A stretch of DNA of 64,000 nucleotides from Octopus vulgaris (GCA_951406725.2 OX597828.1:46562001-46626000), one strand, 5' to 3'. Shown: positions 13,297-27,598, numbered from the stretch's first letter. Translations and numbers: made by a program. The notes: generated by a model from the letters alone, not told the origin.

Positions 13297-14109
13297 ATCT
13301 ATCTATCTATTTGTGTCTCTATGTGTCAGTCTGTCTTTCTATATACCTATCTGTCTATACATTCCTGCATAATACAAATGCACGTACATACAGATACGTA
13401 AATTTAGTCCCTTTGATACTTTGATAGCAACAACGTGTCAGTGGTACTGTTAAAATATACAAAACGTTCATGAAGTCCAGCTGTAAGAAAATCCACATTT
13501 TCAATGTCCTCTATGCCTACGCGTGTGTGTATATACGCTCATACATATGTGTATGTCTACATGTGTTCATGCACACACACCCACGCACTCGCGCATTCAC
13601 ACACACGCATATACATACGCGTATGCATGCCTACTTACATACATGCGTAGATGTATTTATATGTACGAAACGAATATATTTGATGTTATCTCAGTTCCAG
13701 CGGAAGAATCTTGTTTCTTGGTTAGAAATCGATTCCGCCATTGGAGAGGAATTTGCAAATTACTATTTAGCAAGCATTAATTGTGTGCATGGATATTATA
13801 TACGATAACTTTGATAAACATCTATATAATTATGTGAAAATATAATCTGCAGTGGGGTCACTAACTCGGGATAACTTAATTTCATGACACAGCTGCTGAA
13901 TTGTAGAAAAATATATATTCTTACTTAGAAAAGATGCAAACGAACTATTATTGACGTGAAGAATTTATTCTAAATATTAGAAATGCGATAGCTTAAGTTT
14001 AATTTTTTTAAATGGTAGAAGAAATTATAGCTGCATTAAAAGTACATGTGTATGACAACCTGCCAGAACATCCTGGTAAGCTAAACTAGAAGTTAATTTC
14101 ACAAGTTTC

Positions 14110-14328
14110 TTGACTCGGTAAACCACCGCCTATTACTTGTCAAGCTTCAAGCATATAGTTTCCATCCGGATATTGTACGATGGGTTGGTGCCTTCCTCTC
14201 AGATCGCTCCTTCCAAATTCAAGTTAATGGTTCGCGGTCCGACGTCTCCAGTGCGAGCAGTGGTGTGCCTCAAGGTTCAGTGCTTGGGCCCTTACTGTTC
14301 TTAGTCTTCATAAATGACTTGCCCGACG
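14110..14328 (+). mobile_element. CR1/L2-group LINE reverse transcriptase fragment
   Basis: DSVNHRLLLVKLQAY..WVGAFLSDRSFQIQVNG..SGVPQGSVLGPLLFLVFINDLPD. Confidence 0.85.
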
Positions 14329-16045
14329 ACCAGGTCGATGTGCTTGTGGATCGACACTATGACGGTGACGACGTCCCCGTATGCAGACACGCTCGTCCTG
14401 CATCACATCTCTCGTGGGATGCCCCTCAGTGTTGCCAGTTTCCGCAATAGTGGCTCAAGAGTCAATACATACCGACGCGATGAGAGGGGGCATCCTTGGC
14501 GAACCGAACGCATGATGTTAAAAGCTTTAGATAGATGACCATTTACGCGAACTGCCGAGCGGATGCCGCTGTATAAGGCAGCGATCAAACCGCAGAAGAT
14601 GGGATCGAAACCAGCCGCTTTAAGTACAGCCTCCAAGTAGTGATGGTCTACCCTAACGAAGGCTTTTGATTGATCCAAATTGATCAGCGCCCCACCCATG
14701 CCAGGATCCTTAACTACCCTGTCTATGATGTAGCGCATCAGATGGAGGTTGTCATGGATACTCCTACCCGACACGGCGCACGTTTGCGCCTTGTCAACTA
14801 GTTTTTCGATGACAAGTGCCAACCTCTCGGCTAACACCATGGCCAAAATTTTCAAATCTGCGTTGAACAGAGTGATGGGCCTGAAATTATCTATGACGTC
14901 CCACTTGTTTGGATCTTTCTTTAGCAGTGCCACTGCTCCTTGCTTTACAAAGGCGGGGATACTCCCGTTTTGCTACCAGTTGCAGGAGACAGCTGCTAAG
15001 TCGCCTCCAAACAAGTCTGGCATATGACAATAAAGTTCGTAGTGCAGACCATCTAAGCCTGGTGACTTGTCTCTCGCGCAGCCTGGCACCGCATCCCGTA
15101 TGTCTGCGGATGTGATGGGTTTTTCACAACACTCCGCCTCTCTTGCTGAGAGTCGTGGCAGGGCATGCAGGTAGGCACTAAAGTCCACTCTGCGTTCTGG
15201 CCCACCACTTGTCCCAAACAGTTGGGTAAAGTGTTGTTGAAAAGCCTCACACATCCTTTCAGACTGGAGTAATCCGCGCCCCTGTTCATCTGTAAGTGAC
15301 CTGATGGTGGCTCTGTTGCCTCGTTGCGTCTCCACCACTCGGGCCCCCCCGGGCGGCTCCAAATCCTTCGTTCCTCAGAGCATGCATCCTAACTCTGACA
15401 ATGCATCCTTCGTGTTTGGCGTTGAGATGCTGGTCGAGGGCCAACCTCGCTGCCAGTACGTTGGAAGCGATGCCAGATCTAAGTGCCTCATCTGAATTCT
15501 TAACTAAGTCTCCCTCTATTCTATTTCGGTCTAATGCTAAGGCCTTACTGTACATAACCGATTCTGTTTTAATTGCTTTCTTTAGAGTATACCACCATCT
15601 TTTGTTGATGATGGCACACCGTCAAAGCTCTCTTAACTAATGTGCTAATCCTGTCCCTGTAAGCGTGGCGTGTCGTGAAAGATGCGTTCGACTTCCAGTA
15701 ACCAGGACCCTGCCTATGAGTCTTATCTAAGTCAAGTGTACAAGTCACAAGTTTGTGGTCTGTGTAGCTGACTATATGGAACTATGGACAACCTACACTA
15801 TCTTTATCTACTGTCCTACAGAGTACTCTATCTAAGTACGACCTGGACGACCCGATGCGGTTGCTCCATTTCACCATTGGCACATTCGGGTGGTCCAGTC
15901 GGTACCTGTCAGTTGGAAACGTCTCAGCAGGTCTTTGAGGCATCTGCATCCCCTCCTATTACTATCTCTGCCCACGTAATCTAGATGCGTGTCCAGGGTG
16001 GCGTTCCAATATCCCACTAAAAGTAAAGGTCGAGACGTACCCAGG
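14329..16045 (-). mobile_element. Decayed Tx1/L1-clade LINE ORF2 (APE endonuclease plus RT)
   Basis: LVGYWNATLD, SYLDRVL and TDHKLV (APE); KSPGLDGL, FRPITLFNADLKILA, LDQSKAF, RQGCPLS, and YADD decayed to YGDV. Stops and frameshifts present. 5' truncation abuts (GATA)n. Confidence 0.92.
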
Positions 16046-16161
<116 letters not shown>

Positions 16162-16296
16162 AACCTCACACCTAATTACCTTGCAGAATTACCGCGTTAC
16201 ATTCCTTGAGCAGAACTTTCTAAAGGACTGGTGATGAATAAAAGCACTCGAAATAATATCAGTGAGACGAGAGTCGTCTGTTACGGCGACTGAGAT

Positions 16297-16341
16297 TGCC
16301 AGAACACGTAGTTTCACCCTCGTATGGATTCGTCAATGACA
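16297..16341 (-). ncRNA. Degenerate hammerhead-like motif
   Basis: UGUCA-UUGACGA-AUCC-AUACGA-GGGU-GAAAC-UACGU-GUUC-UGGCA. C3U change and an imperfect cleavage junction. Confidence 0.45.
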
Positions 16342-16354
16342 GATGTGTTCGAAA

Positions 16355-16730
16355 TGTATTGGTGGGGAGCGGCAATCGATTAGATCGACCCCAGTACGCA
16401 ACTGGTACTTGATTTATGGAACCTGAAAGGATGAAAGAAAAAGCCGGCCTCTGCGGAATTTGAACTCAGAACGTTAAGACAGGCGGAATACCAATTTCTT
16501 TACTACCCACAATTTCTTTACTACACACAGAGAGGACAAACAAGGACAGACAAACGGATTAAGTCGATTATATCGACTCCAGTGCGTAACTGGTACTTAT
16601 TTAATCGACCCCAAATGGATGAAAGGCAAAGTTGACCTCGGTGGAATTTGAACTCAGAACGTAGCGGCGGACGAAATACCGCTAAGCATTTAGCCCGGCG
16701 CGTTGATGTTCCTGACAGCTTGCCGTCTTA
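16355..16730 (-). mobile_element. Two adjacent SINE family C copies
   Basis: Family C central domain and tail. Confidence 0.8.
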
Positions 16731-16799
16731 CTCAACCTCATACATATGCACACGCCAAATGTGACATTGTTATTTAACGGAGCTTTGTATTATACAAGA

Positions 16800-17193
16800 C
16801 TAGCAGTATCGCCCGGCGTTGCTCGGGTTTGTAAGGGAAATAACTATATAAGCATTTTTAGAGAGTTATAGCCAAAAAATAGCAAAAAAATGCATTAAAA
16901 ATGGAAAAAAAATTATGGTAAATTTTTTTTAAATCGTTGACTCATCGTAGACATTTTTAGAGAGTTACTTCCCTTATATAATAGCGAAAAAATGCATTAA
17001 AATTGAAAAAACTGATGGTAATTTTTTTTTAAATCGTAGACTCATCGTAGACGCGTGCTAATACCCAGAAGGGCTCGATATGAATCACGACTATAAGATA
17101 CCCGGTTTTGGTTAAACTGCACCGCAAAATGTGGGAGTAGTTAGGAATCTAAATCGTAGGAGACAGACACAACTTCACTTTTATATATAAAGA
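16800..17193 (-). mobile_element. Complete non-autonomous Helitron (394 bp)
   Basis: Inserted between A and T, no TSD. 5' TC..., 3' CCCGAGCAACGCCGGG hairpin then CTAG. Internal imperfect tandem repeat. Confidence 0.9.
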
Positions 17194-17218
17194 TTTCTCA
17201 GAAGAGAATATGGATTTG

Positions 17219-17407
17219 TACATACATACATACATACATACATACAAACATACATACATACATACATACATACATACATACATACATACATACATACATA
17301 CATACAAACATACATACATACATACATACATACATACATACATACATACATACATACATACATACATACATACATACATACATACATACATACATACATA
17401 CATACAT
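17219..17407. repeat. (TACA)n microsatellite
   Basis: Direct observation. Confidence 0.95.
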
Positions 17408-17769
17408 AGCTGTCTGGAGCAAATTATGACTGAACTGGGAAGATAAGGTAATTCCTTAATTCATACACTACAAACGATTACAGTAACCGAAACTATGAAA
17501 ATCTCCAATACCTTGTTAAGACTTAACGGATGATGAACAGAACAAAATACTTTCGTTCACAACCTTGCTACTAATTAAGTGGCCGGTCAAAATGTATTCT
17601 AAATTTAAAAGAGAAAGAGAAAATATATACAAACGCTCATACATGCAAAAATACATAACATACATGCATACATACATACATACATACATACATACATACA
17701 TACATACATACATACATACATACATACATACATACATACACTATTCATAGAGAATTTCATCAGATTTAT

Positions 17770-18020
17770 TTTCAGAATAATATTCATAGCCCTATCTAAT
17801 GAATCAGACCAAAAGATTACTATTAATACTAACTTATACGTTGTTATTTTTTAGATTTTACCATAAATTCAGATATCAAAATATTTTATCTATTAAGAAA
17901 CCAAACAAGAATGTGGAGCGCGTAAATATAGCTTCTAGTAATCCTCCTGTTATTACAGATAATTTAGTTAGCAGTATTAATATATACTTATCCAGAATTT
18001 CATCTTATATTTCTTTAAAA
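17770..18020 (+). mobile_element. Penelope-like element RT C-terminal/thumb remnant
   Basis: With frameshifts: KITINTNLYVV / FLDFTIN / KKPNKNVERVNIASSNPPVITDNLVSSINIYLSRISS, resembling PLE KITI..NL..V.FLD...KPN....SNHPP.I...I..RLS. Confidence 0.7.
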
Positions 18021-18114
18021 ACAGTTCCTAATAATAATTAAACGTTTATGCACGATAGCTTTCACGATAAGATTAATTCCATAAATATTAATAATGACAA
18101 CAAGTATGCTTTTG

Positions 18115-19015
18115 TAATTATGGCACAAGGCCAACAACTTTAGTGAGGGTGAGTGTAAGTCGATTAAATGAAACACAGTACCTGATTGGTACTCTAATTT
18201 ATCGAGTCCGAAAAGATGAAAGGCAAAGTCAAATTTGAATTCAGGCCGTAGAACCGGAAAAGATGCCTATAAGCCTTTTGTCCAACGCATTAACAACTCT
18301 GCCTGGCAATATAAGCACAGTACCTCATATTGTTTTGTTTTTTGGGGCGGGTGGTGCTGTGAGACTGGCTGGCTGGGTAAAGAAGTTAGTTTTATTTCAT
18401 GGACCTCAGTACTCAAAAGATACTTAATTTATCGACTCATGAATAGATGAGAGGCAAAGTTGACCTCGGCGAGATTTGACTTATAACATTGGAAAAAGTG
18501 CATCTAATCATTTTGTCCAGCGTATTAAGAATTCTGTCAACTAATCGTTTAAATTCGTTTTTTTCAATAGGCACGAAACCTGAAATTTTGCGGGGAAGGG
18601 ATTAGTCGATTATTTCGACCCCAGTTTTTAACTGGTACTTATTCCATCCACCACGAAAGAATAAACAGCAAAATCGACCTCATGAGAAATTGAACGCAGA
18701 ATATAAAGCCAGAAGAAATGTCGCTAAGCATCTCATCCGGCGTGCTAACGACTCTGCTATCTCACCGACTTAGTAATAATAATTTTTTTTTTTTTTCAGA
18801 GGGCAAGGCGGTGAGTTGGTGGTATCATTAGCATACCAGACAAAGTGCTTAACGGTATTTCGTCTTTAAGTTCTGAGTTCAAATTCCGCCGAGGTCAACT
18901 TTGCCTTTCATCTTTTCGGGGTCGATAAAATAAGTACTAGTTGGGAACTAAGGCCGATGTAATCGACTATACCTCTACCCCAAAATTCCACGCCTTGTGC
19001 CTACAGTAGAAAGGG
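18115..19015. mobile_element. Cluster of old family-C-like SINEs (three minus, one plus)
   Basis: Repeated decayed central domain (GAAAGGCAAAGTCGACC-like). Confidence 0.7.
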
Positions 19016-19619
19016 TTATTTTATACAGAGGCAAGTAGAAAACGCAGAGCGATATGATACAATCTCGCATTTAACAATTCTGTGCGTAAAATATAACTAA
19101 AATAGAATGTGCATTACATAATTGCTTAGAAAGTAAGGTAACAAAATCGTTAGAGCATCGGAAAAATTTGAACCTTGTCCAATCAAGTCCATTCAGGCTT
19201 TATAATACATCGCCCAGTGTTGCTTTCCGTTTTTTCTAAGATCGTAGGCTTTCATTTGAGAGAAACTCGGTCAATATATTTAGCAGACTGAGCGATTTTA
19301 CAGGGTTACGATAATTGTGTTGGTTGCATGCCTGGGTGCTTGTTTGGTTGGTTTATTGTATCGTTGCTTGGCTGTTTAGTTGGTTAATTGGTTGTTTAGT
19401 TGGCTATTTTGTTTTTCAGTTGGTTATTTGGTATGTTTGCTACTCTGTTAGGCTGGTTGCTTGCTTTGTTGCTCGGTTGCTTGACTGCTAGCTTGATTAC
19501 ATCGTTAGTTGGTTGGTTGGTTGGTAAATTGGTTAGGTGATTGGTTGATTGGCTGGTTGGGTGCCTAATATTTTCGGTGGTTGGTTGGCTAGCTTGTTTG
19601 CTTGCTTGGTTAGTTGCCT

Positions 19620-19835
19620 ACTCTTTACTTGTTTCAGTCATTTGACTGCAGCCATGCTGGAGCACCGCCTTTAGTCGAGCAAATCGACCCCGGGACTTAT
19701 TCTTTGTAAGCCCAGTACTTATTCTATCGGTCTCTTTTGCCGAACCGCTAAGTGACGGGGACGTAAACACACCAGCATCGTTTGTCAAGCAATGCTAGGG
19801 AGACAAACACAGACACACAAACATATACACACACA

Positions 19836-19894
<59 letters not shown>

Positions 19895-20056
19895 GACAGG
19901 GTTCTTTCAGTTTCCGTCTACCAAATCCACTCACAAGGCATTGGTCGGCCCGGGACTATAGCAGAAGACACTTGCCCAAGATGCCACGCAGTGGGACTGA
20001 ACCCGGAACCATGTGGTTGGTTAGCAAGCTACTTACCACACAGCCACTCCTGCGCC
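19620..20056 (-). mobile_element. Full-length SINE family A
   Basis: Complete head and tail. Confidence 0.92.
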
Positions 20057-20528
20057 TATTTGTTTGTTTGCTTGCTTGAATACTATCATTTTTTGTTATT
20101 TTATGTTGCTGTAGTTTAAGCTCTAAATAACCACTGAGTGAGCCAACAGATTCACGATCTAAGGCACTCTAGACAAGTGTTTTACATTTCTTTCGAACTG
20201 CTATTTCCAGCATTTCAAACGACCGCTTCGATGTTCTCTCGATGGCTCGTCTAACCCTTTGTTTCAACCTTATCGGGGCATTAGGTACTGAGAGTTTAGG
20301 GAGTAGAAAAAGTTCCCTTAATTCTTATACCATTGCTCGTGTCTGCGGTCCGATACGGATCACTGGTTGCAGTTAGAGCGCAAAATAGCTGAAAAATATC
20401 CCCCTTGCATAATTTCGGCGACATTTTCCGTCCAGTAAATTTGGAAATGGCCTTAAAACCCCAAGACACTTAAATTCTGGTGACAGCCCTCACTGACACC
20501 CCTCATCTCTTACTTCCTCTTTCTATAC

Positions 20529-20579
<51 letters not shown>

Positions 20580-20866
20580 ACCTCCTCCTCTCTCTCTCTC
20601 TTTCGCTATATGAATATATATCCGTATCTCTGTACATAAACGCTTATATGTGTTAGTGCGGATGTTATTACATATATACTGTATATGTATACATATATGT
20701 ATACGCATATATGTATACACGTAGTATACACACACATATATATGTATGTGTGTATAAGTATATGTATACGTATACGTATTTATATGTCTTTATATATATG
20801 TATATATATATGCATATATATATATATATATGTATATATGTATATACATATATGTATGTATGTATA

Positions 20867-20907
<41 letters not shown>

Positions 20908-21203
20908 GTGCTTATACCTATTAGTAAATGTATGTATAAACGCCTAACTGTTTGTTTACATAAGAATGCGTCTGTGCATATCTGTTTAGATGTGTATGCG
21001 TATATGTATGATATGTATCTATACGCAAACAATTGCACACACACACACACACACGCACATACATACGCAAAAACACAAACACAAACGCACACACGGTCGC
21101 GCGTGTATGTTGAAGCATATACCCATATCTAACACTTATTAACCAGGCTTGTTGGCCATCATTCGCGGCAAAGATTTTAAAATCAACGCTTATGCCTGTA
21201 TGT

Positions 21204-21251
<48 letters not shown>

Positions 21252-21481
21252 GTATATATATATATATAGATATATATATATATATAGATATATATATATA
21301 TCTGTATCTCTGTATGCATGTATGTGTGTCTATGTATGTACGTACTTATGGACGTATACACAAATACAATAATAATCACATGCATAAACACACGCACACT
21401 TGTTAATACACTCGAACATTAAAACGCAGACATTGTTACACACACACACACACACAAATGCAGGCAGGCACGCACATTTCT

Positions 21482-21513
<32 letters not shown>

Positions 21514-22267
21514 CACAAATCACACTAACAACCACAACAATATTCATAACAATAATAATGAACTTAAGTCTATGTATCTATTTATCTGTCTAGTAATATA
21601 ATATATATATATACATACACATACATATATTTATACATGTACAACACTCATACATACATGTATGAATGTATGCGTGTATATACTGCATATATATATATAT
21701 ATATATATATGCATATATATATATACACGTATATGCATACAGGCACACACGCACACACAAACAGGCACACACACACACATAATATATATACAGACAGACA
21801 GACACACACATATATATACATAGGTGCATGCATATATACATACATACATACATACATACATACATACATACAAACAACTATACTTACATACACACATACA
21901 TGCCTACCTACCAACCTTCATATATACATCCATCCATCCATACATACATACATCCAACTACACATACATCCATCCATCAATACATACATACATGCATATG
22001 CATGTGTATACGCGCAATATATTCATGGAGGTTTTCAGCTGCAAAAATACTTACACGTCAGATTGTTTAGTGTTGACTTTGAAGCCTCCTTCAGCTCTCT
22101 CCTGTAACCGCCGATGGGGGGTCTTCTGAGATGACTCGGGTAGCCCTTATTAGTTCGAAAAACAGGGCAGCTGTTTCAATAGTGATGGCGGTATGGGATG
22201 GGACGGTTTCAATTCTAATTATTTATATATTTATTTGTCTACTCGTTTCTAAGTTTACTACTACAAC

Positions 22268-22348
<81 letters not shown>

Positions 22349-22694
22349 CTTTACTGTTATTATTATTATTATTATCATTATTATTATTGTTATTGTCTAT
22401 TTTTCCCATTCATCCTTCCGGAATCGATAAAGCAAGCACCGACCAAATACGGGGGTCAGACTGAATCTATAGAAAATGCCCCCTGCCCGACCTCTTTCAT
22501 ATGTTGTCATTTTGTGCTAACGCAACATGTCGTAGAATTATGGTGGCGCAGAAAATATAAAACTTCATTACATTATATAGGTTTCTAGTGCTTCACGATC
22601 AGATTTCAAATCCCTACTAAGGTCGAATTATTTTTTTAATGTTTCTTTAAGGTACAAAAAAAATAACACTTGTATTCTGAATTTAACTTAACCT

Positions 22695-22925
22695 ATTTCT
22701 TTATTACCCACAAGGGGCTAAACACAGAGAGGACGAACAAGGACAGACAAACTAATTAAGTCGAAATTATCGACCCCAGTGCGTAACTGTACTTATTTAA
22801 TCGACCCCGAAAGGATGAAAGGTAAAGTCGACATCGGCGGAATTTGAACTTAGAACGTAACATCAGACGAAATACCGCTAAGCATTTCTCCCGGCGCGCT
22901 AACGTTTCTGCCAGCTCGTCGCCTT
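22695..22925 (-). mobile_element. SINE family C
   Basis: Full length, head AAGGCGACGAGCTGGCAGAAAC. Confidence 0.88.
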
Positions 22926-23174
22926 CTGAATTTAATTTAACCGTGTATTAATCATGCCCGAAAATGTATGGTTCTCTACTGTCGTAAGAAATTAAGTTTT
23001 ATAAAAACAATAATAGCGATGGAATGGTAGAATCGTTAGAGCTTCGGAGAAAGGATTTCTACTAAGTTCAACTCACGACCGTGTCGACTTTACTTTTCTT
23101 TTTCTTCTTTCTGAATTCGATAAAGTACCAGTTATATACTAGTATCGATTTAATCGACAGCTAGTCGATATCTA

Positions 23175-23389
23175 TTTCTTTACTACTCACAAGGGGCAAA
23201 CAAGGATAGACAAACGGATTAAGTCGATTATATCGACCCCAGTGCGTAACTGGTACTTATTTAATCGACCCCGAAAGGATGAAAAGCAAAGTCGACCTCA
23301 GCGGAATTTGAACTCAGGACGTAGCAACAAACGAAATACCGCTAAGCATTTCGCCCGGCGTGCTAACGATTCTGCCAGCTCGCCGCCTT
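23175..23389 (-). mobile_element. SINE family C
   Basis: Full length, flanked by a TAGTCGATATC duplication. Confidence 0.88.
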
Positions 23390-23577
23390 TAGTCGATATC
23401 ATTGATAGTCGATATCATTGACCACCCCGCTCTGCTTGATAGGTATTTTATGTACTGTATCTAGAAAAGAATCAATGTCAAGTTTGACCCCAGTAGGGAC
23501 TAAACTCATCACGTTAAAAACCCAGAAAGAATATAACAAGGCAATTTGTCTGATATTCTAACATCTTAATGATATTT

Positions 23578-23964
23578 GTGGAAGCACTCCGTCGGTTACG
23601 ACGACGAGGGTTCCGGTTGATCCGAATCAATGGAACAGCCTGCTCGTGAAATTAACGTGTAAGTGGCTGAGCACTCCACAGCCACGTGTACTTTTAACGT
23701 AGTTCTCGGGGATATTCAGCGTGACACAGAGAGTGACAAGGCCGGCCCTTTGAAATACAGGTACAACAGAAACAGGAAGTAAGAGTGAGAGAAAGTTGTG
23801 GTGAAAGAGTACAGCAGGGATCACCACCATCCCCTGCCGGAGCCTCGTGGAGCTTTAGGTGTTTTCGCTCAATAAACACTCACAACGCCCGGTCTGGGAA
23901 TCGAAACCGCGATCCTATGACCGCGAGTCCGCTGCCCTAACCACTGGGCCATTGCGCCTCCACG
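23578..23964 (-). mobile_element. SINE family B (tail type 1), full length
   Basis: tRNA-like head GTGGAGGCGCAATGGCCCAGTGG..GGTTTCGATTCCC. 12-bp TSD TTAATGATATTT (23566-23577 / 23965-23976). Confidence 0.93.
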
Positions 23965-25128
23965 TTAATGATATTTACACAAGAACATAAAGTAGTCAGC
24001 TGACAATGGTTAGCAAACCGAGTAAAATGCTCAGTGACATTTCGTCCGTCTTTCGTCTGAGATCAAATTTTTCCGAAGTCCACATTGCCTTTCCGCTCAT
24101 CGGGGTCAACAAATTAAGTGGCGTTTGAGCCTTAGGGGGTCGATGTCACCGACTTACGCTCTCCTGCGAACTTTCTAGATTTCTGCCAAATTTGAAATCA
24201 ATAGTTACATAAGAACATAAGACGGTGAGCTGGTAGACTCGTCAGCACACCGGAAGAAATTCTTCGCGGCATTTCGTCTGTCTTATTAAGGTTCTAAGTT
24301 CAAATTCCGCCGAGGTCGACTTTGCGTTTCATCCTTTCGATCGGTGGCATTGTGTTTACATTTGGTGTCATTTTTGAAACAGTGAAAGGACAGAATCGTC
24401 GGTGCTTGAAAAACATTGATATTCTGTGTTTTTCTCTAATTTTTTTCGGCTCAACTTTTCCTTTCATCTTTGCAGAATCAATAAAATAAAGAAACAATCA
24501 ATAAACTCTTTATCCCAGTAATTTTTTATTGTGCCAGTGAGTGAACCAATAATTTTAATAGCGGCGAGAAAGACGAGGATCTTTACAGCAGGATCTTTAC
24601 AGCCTCGGGCAAAATGCCTAGCATCATTTCTCCCAGTTCATTACACTCTGAGTTGAAATCATTCCAAGGTCATTTTTACATTCGAAATTCTGCGTTCGAT
24701 AGAACAAAGTACCAATCAAATTCTCGGGTCAATATAATTCAATCTTTCCTCTTCCTAATATTTCTAGTTCTCTCCCTTTTTAAGGGCGCTTGGCTTAAGG
24801 ATTAGGATGTTGTGCTCAAGATCGCTAGATCGTGTGTTCGATATCTGGATCTAACAAACTGTTTATTATGGCATCGGTGAAGGCATCCAGCTGGCAAATA
24901 CGTTAAAACGTGAGACTCCTTTGCGGTATTTGTTGCAACGCTTTACAGTCTGACTCCAAATTCCACCGCGGTCACATTTGTCTTTGATCTATCGGAGAAT
25001 GAATAAAATAGAAAACCAAGTCAAGTACTTCGGTCCACGATTATGAATCATTACTCCAAAAGAAACTTCCGGTTTTGTGCTTAACACAGAAATCACTATA
25101 ACAACGATGTACATTTATAGATTAGATA

Positions 25129-25546
25129 GGCGCAGGAGTGGCTGTGTGGTAAGTAGCTTGCTAACCAACCACATGGTTCCGGGTTCAGTCCCACTGCGTG
25201 GCATCTTGGGCAAGTGTCTTCTGCTATAGACCCGGGCCGACCAATGCCTTGTGAGTGTATTTGGTAGACGGAAACTGAAAGAAGCCTGTCGTATATATGT
25301 ATATATATATATAAGTGTGTGTATATATGTTTGTGTGTCTGTGTTTGTCCCCCTAGCATTGCTTGACCACCGATGCTGGTGTGTTTACGTCCCCGTCACT
25401 TAGCGGTTCGGCAAAAGAGACCGATAGAATAAGTACTGGGCTTACAAAGAATAAGTCCCGGGGTCGATTTGCTCGACTAAAGGCGGTGCTCCAGCATGGC
25501 CGCAGTCAAATGACTGAAACAAGTAAAAGAGTAAAGAGTAAAGAGT
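25129..25546 (+). mobile_element. Full-length SINE family A
   Basis: Complete head and tail. Confidence 0.92.
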
Positions 25547-25718
25547 ATAGAGCGACATTAAGACAAGCTGGATTCAATAAATTTGTTCTTCTTCCTTAGG
25601 TTCTAAATTCAAATTCTGCCCGGTTATGACTTTGTCCTATAGCGTCCTGTGAAATATAGAATTACTCCAAGCCAAGTGCACCAAAACTATCAACGTATAT
25701 ATACGTATATATATATAT

Positions 25719-25818
<100 letters not shown>

Positions 25819-25838
25819 TAATGGAAAACCTCTATTAA

Positions 25839-25922
25839 TGGCTGATGAGTGCTCAGCATTTTAAAACTGTTGTAACACTTACAACATTTAATAAAACGAT
25901 GTAGTGCGAAACGATTGTACCA
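25839..25922 (+). ncRNA. Type-I hammerhead ribozyme motif with extended stem II
   Basis: UGG-CUGAUGA-GUGCU..(UGUUGUAA/UUACAACA)..AGUGC-GAAAC-GAUU-GUA^CCA. Lies in a ~240-bp island between (GT)n and (TA)n. Confidence 0.7.
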
Positions 25923-26052
25923 AATTACCGGAGTTATTCTTGTTGCTTATTTTGATTATAATCACCCCATGGATTTATATGGATAACACCATACAGAATT
26001 CTGGTGCATCCAACTTAAGTACCATATTCATTTGAATCTAAATTTTGCTGAA

Positions 26053-26206
<154 letters not shown>

Positions 26207-26231
26207 CATATATATGTGTGTGTGTATGTGT

Positions 26232-26550
26232 GTGAAAGCGCATGGCTCAGTGGTTAGAGCGCCGAGCTTACGATCATGAGGTTGTGAGTTCGATTCCTGC
26301 ACCGGGTTGCGTGTTGTCTTCTTGAGCAAGACACTTTATTTCATGTTGCTCCAGTCCACTCAGCTTTAGAAATGAGTTGCGACATCACTGGTGCCAAGCT
26401 GTATCGGCCTTTGCCTTTCCTTGGATAACATCGGTGTCATGGAGAGGGGAGGCTGGAATGTATGGGTTACTGCTGGTCTTCCATAAACAACGTCGCTCGG
26501 ACTTGTGTGCATTGAAGGGTAACATTCTAGGTGCAATCCTATAGTCATTC
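26232..26550 (+). mobile_element. tRNA-derived SINE family D (CORE/Meta-like central domain)
   Basis: A box TGGCTCAGTGG, B box GTTCGATTCC, then CTTGAGCAAGACACTT..CCACTCAGCT..AAATGAGT. Confidence 0.75.
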
Positions 26551-26573
26551 GTATGTAAATATATGAGTGGCCA

Positions 26574-26950
26574 GGCGCATGAGTGGCTGTGCGGTAATAA
26601 GCTTGCTTCCCAACCACATAGTTCCTAGTTCAGTCCCACAGCGTAGCACCTTGGGCTAGTGTCTTCTATTGTAGCCTCGGGCTGACCGAAGCCTTGTGAG
26701 TGGATTTGGTAGATGGGAAATGAAAGAAGCCCGTCGTATATAGATGTATATATGTATGTATGTGTTCGTTGTTTGTGTCTGTGTTTGTCCCCCGACCATC
26801 GCTTGCCAACCGATGTTGGTGTGTTTAGAAACCAATAGAATCACTACACTACGTACAAAGAAGTCCTTGGATCGATTCGTTCGACTAAAGGCGGTGCTTC
26901 GACATGGCCGCAGTCAAATGAGTGAAGCAAGTAAAAGTATAAAGGAATAA
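26574..26950 (+). mobile_element. Older SINE family A copy
   Basis: Diverged, internally deleted. Confidence 0.8.
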
Positions 26951-26990
26951 AATAACATATATGTATATGTTTCAGAAAATTCAACAAGAC

Positions 26991-27028
26991 CTGTTACTCT
27001 GAGTTTCCCGTTGCCGTTCATCGGACAG
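26991..27028 (-). ncRNA. Compact hammerhead-like motif (core CCGAUGA)
   Basis: CUGU-CCGAUGA-ACG-GCAA-CGG-GAAAC-UCAGA-GUA^ACAG. GNRA-capped stem II, quasi-palindromic stem III. Confidence 0.6.
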
Positions 27029-27536
27029 TTTTTGCTAGAATGGAACCGATATGTCAATTCTATCCAGACTATTACAAACGCTACACCTTTAAAAATGGAC
27101 TTGTTTGATTGGCCCTTTAGAAATAACGGTCAATTTTCGAGCGATAAATAAAAATGAGCTCAAAATTTTTTTTTTTTCTTTTATTCTCTCTGGCTCCAGT
27201 ACAAGTTGAGTAATGGCGTTGACGTAATCGAGTTACCATTTACCCTGAAATTGCTGGCCTTGTGCCAAAATTTGAAATCGTGATTCAGGATTAATCAGGC
27301 TGGCGAAGTTGATTCAGTGTTCCAAGCAATGATGAAACATGGCGGTAGATTAAGATGAATTCGCTGGAAATCGGAAGCGATTATGAATTGACATAATATA
27401 TTTTCCTTCAATATTAAATGGAATATAAAGGAGTGACTACGCTACTTAAGGGTGTCAAGATCTTCCGCTATTTTTACATCCATGTGTTAATGTATTTGAG
27501 AGTGATATGATGAGTGAATAATATATTTAATATAGG

Positions 27537-27598
<62 letters not shown>

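Noticed and set aside
22054-22216. Possible minus-strand exon with a GTAAGT donor and one open frame
   Set aside because: No polypyrimidine acceptor and no recognisable protein. Cannot be supported without RNA-seq.
23890-23964. tRNA-like sequences at SINE heads
   Set aside because: They are parts of SINEs with bodies and TSDs, not tRNA genes.
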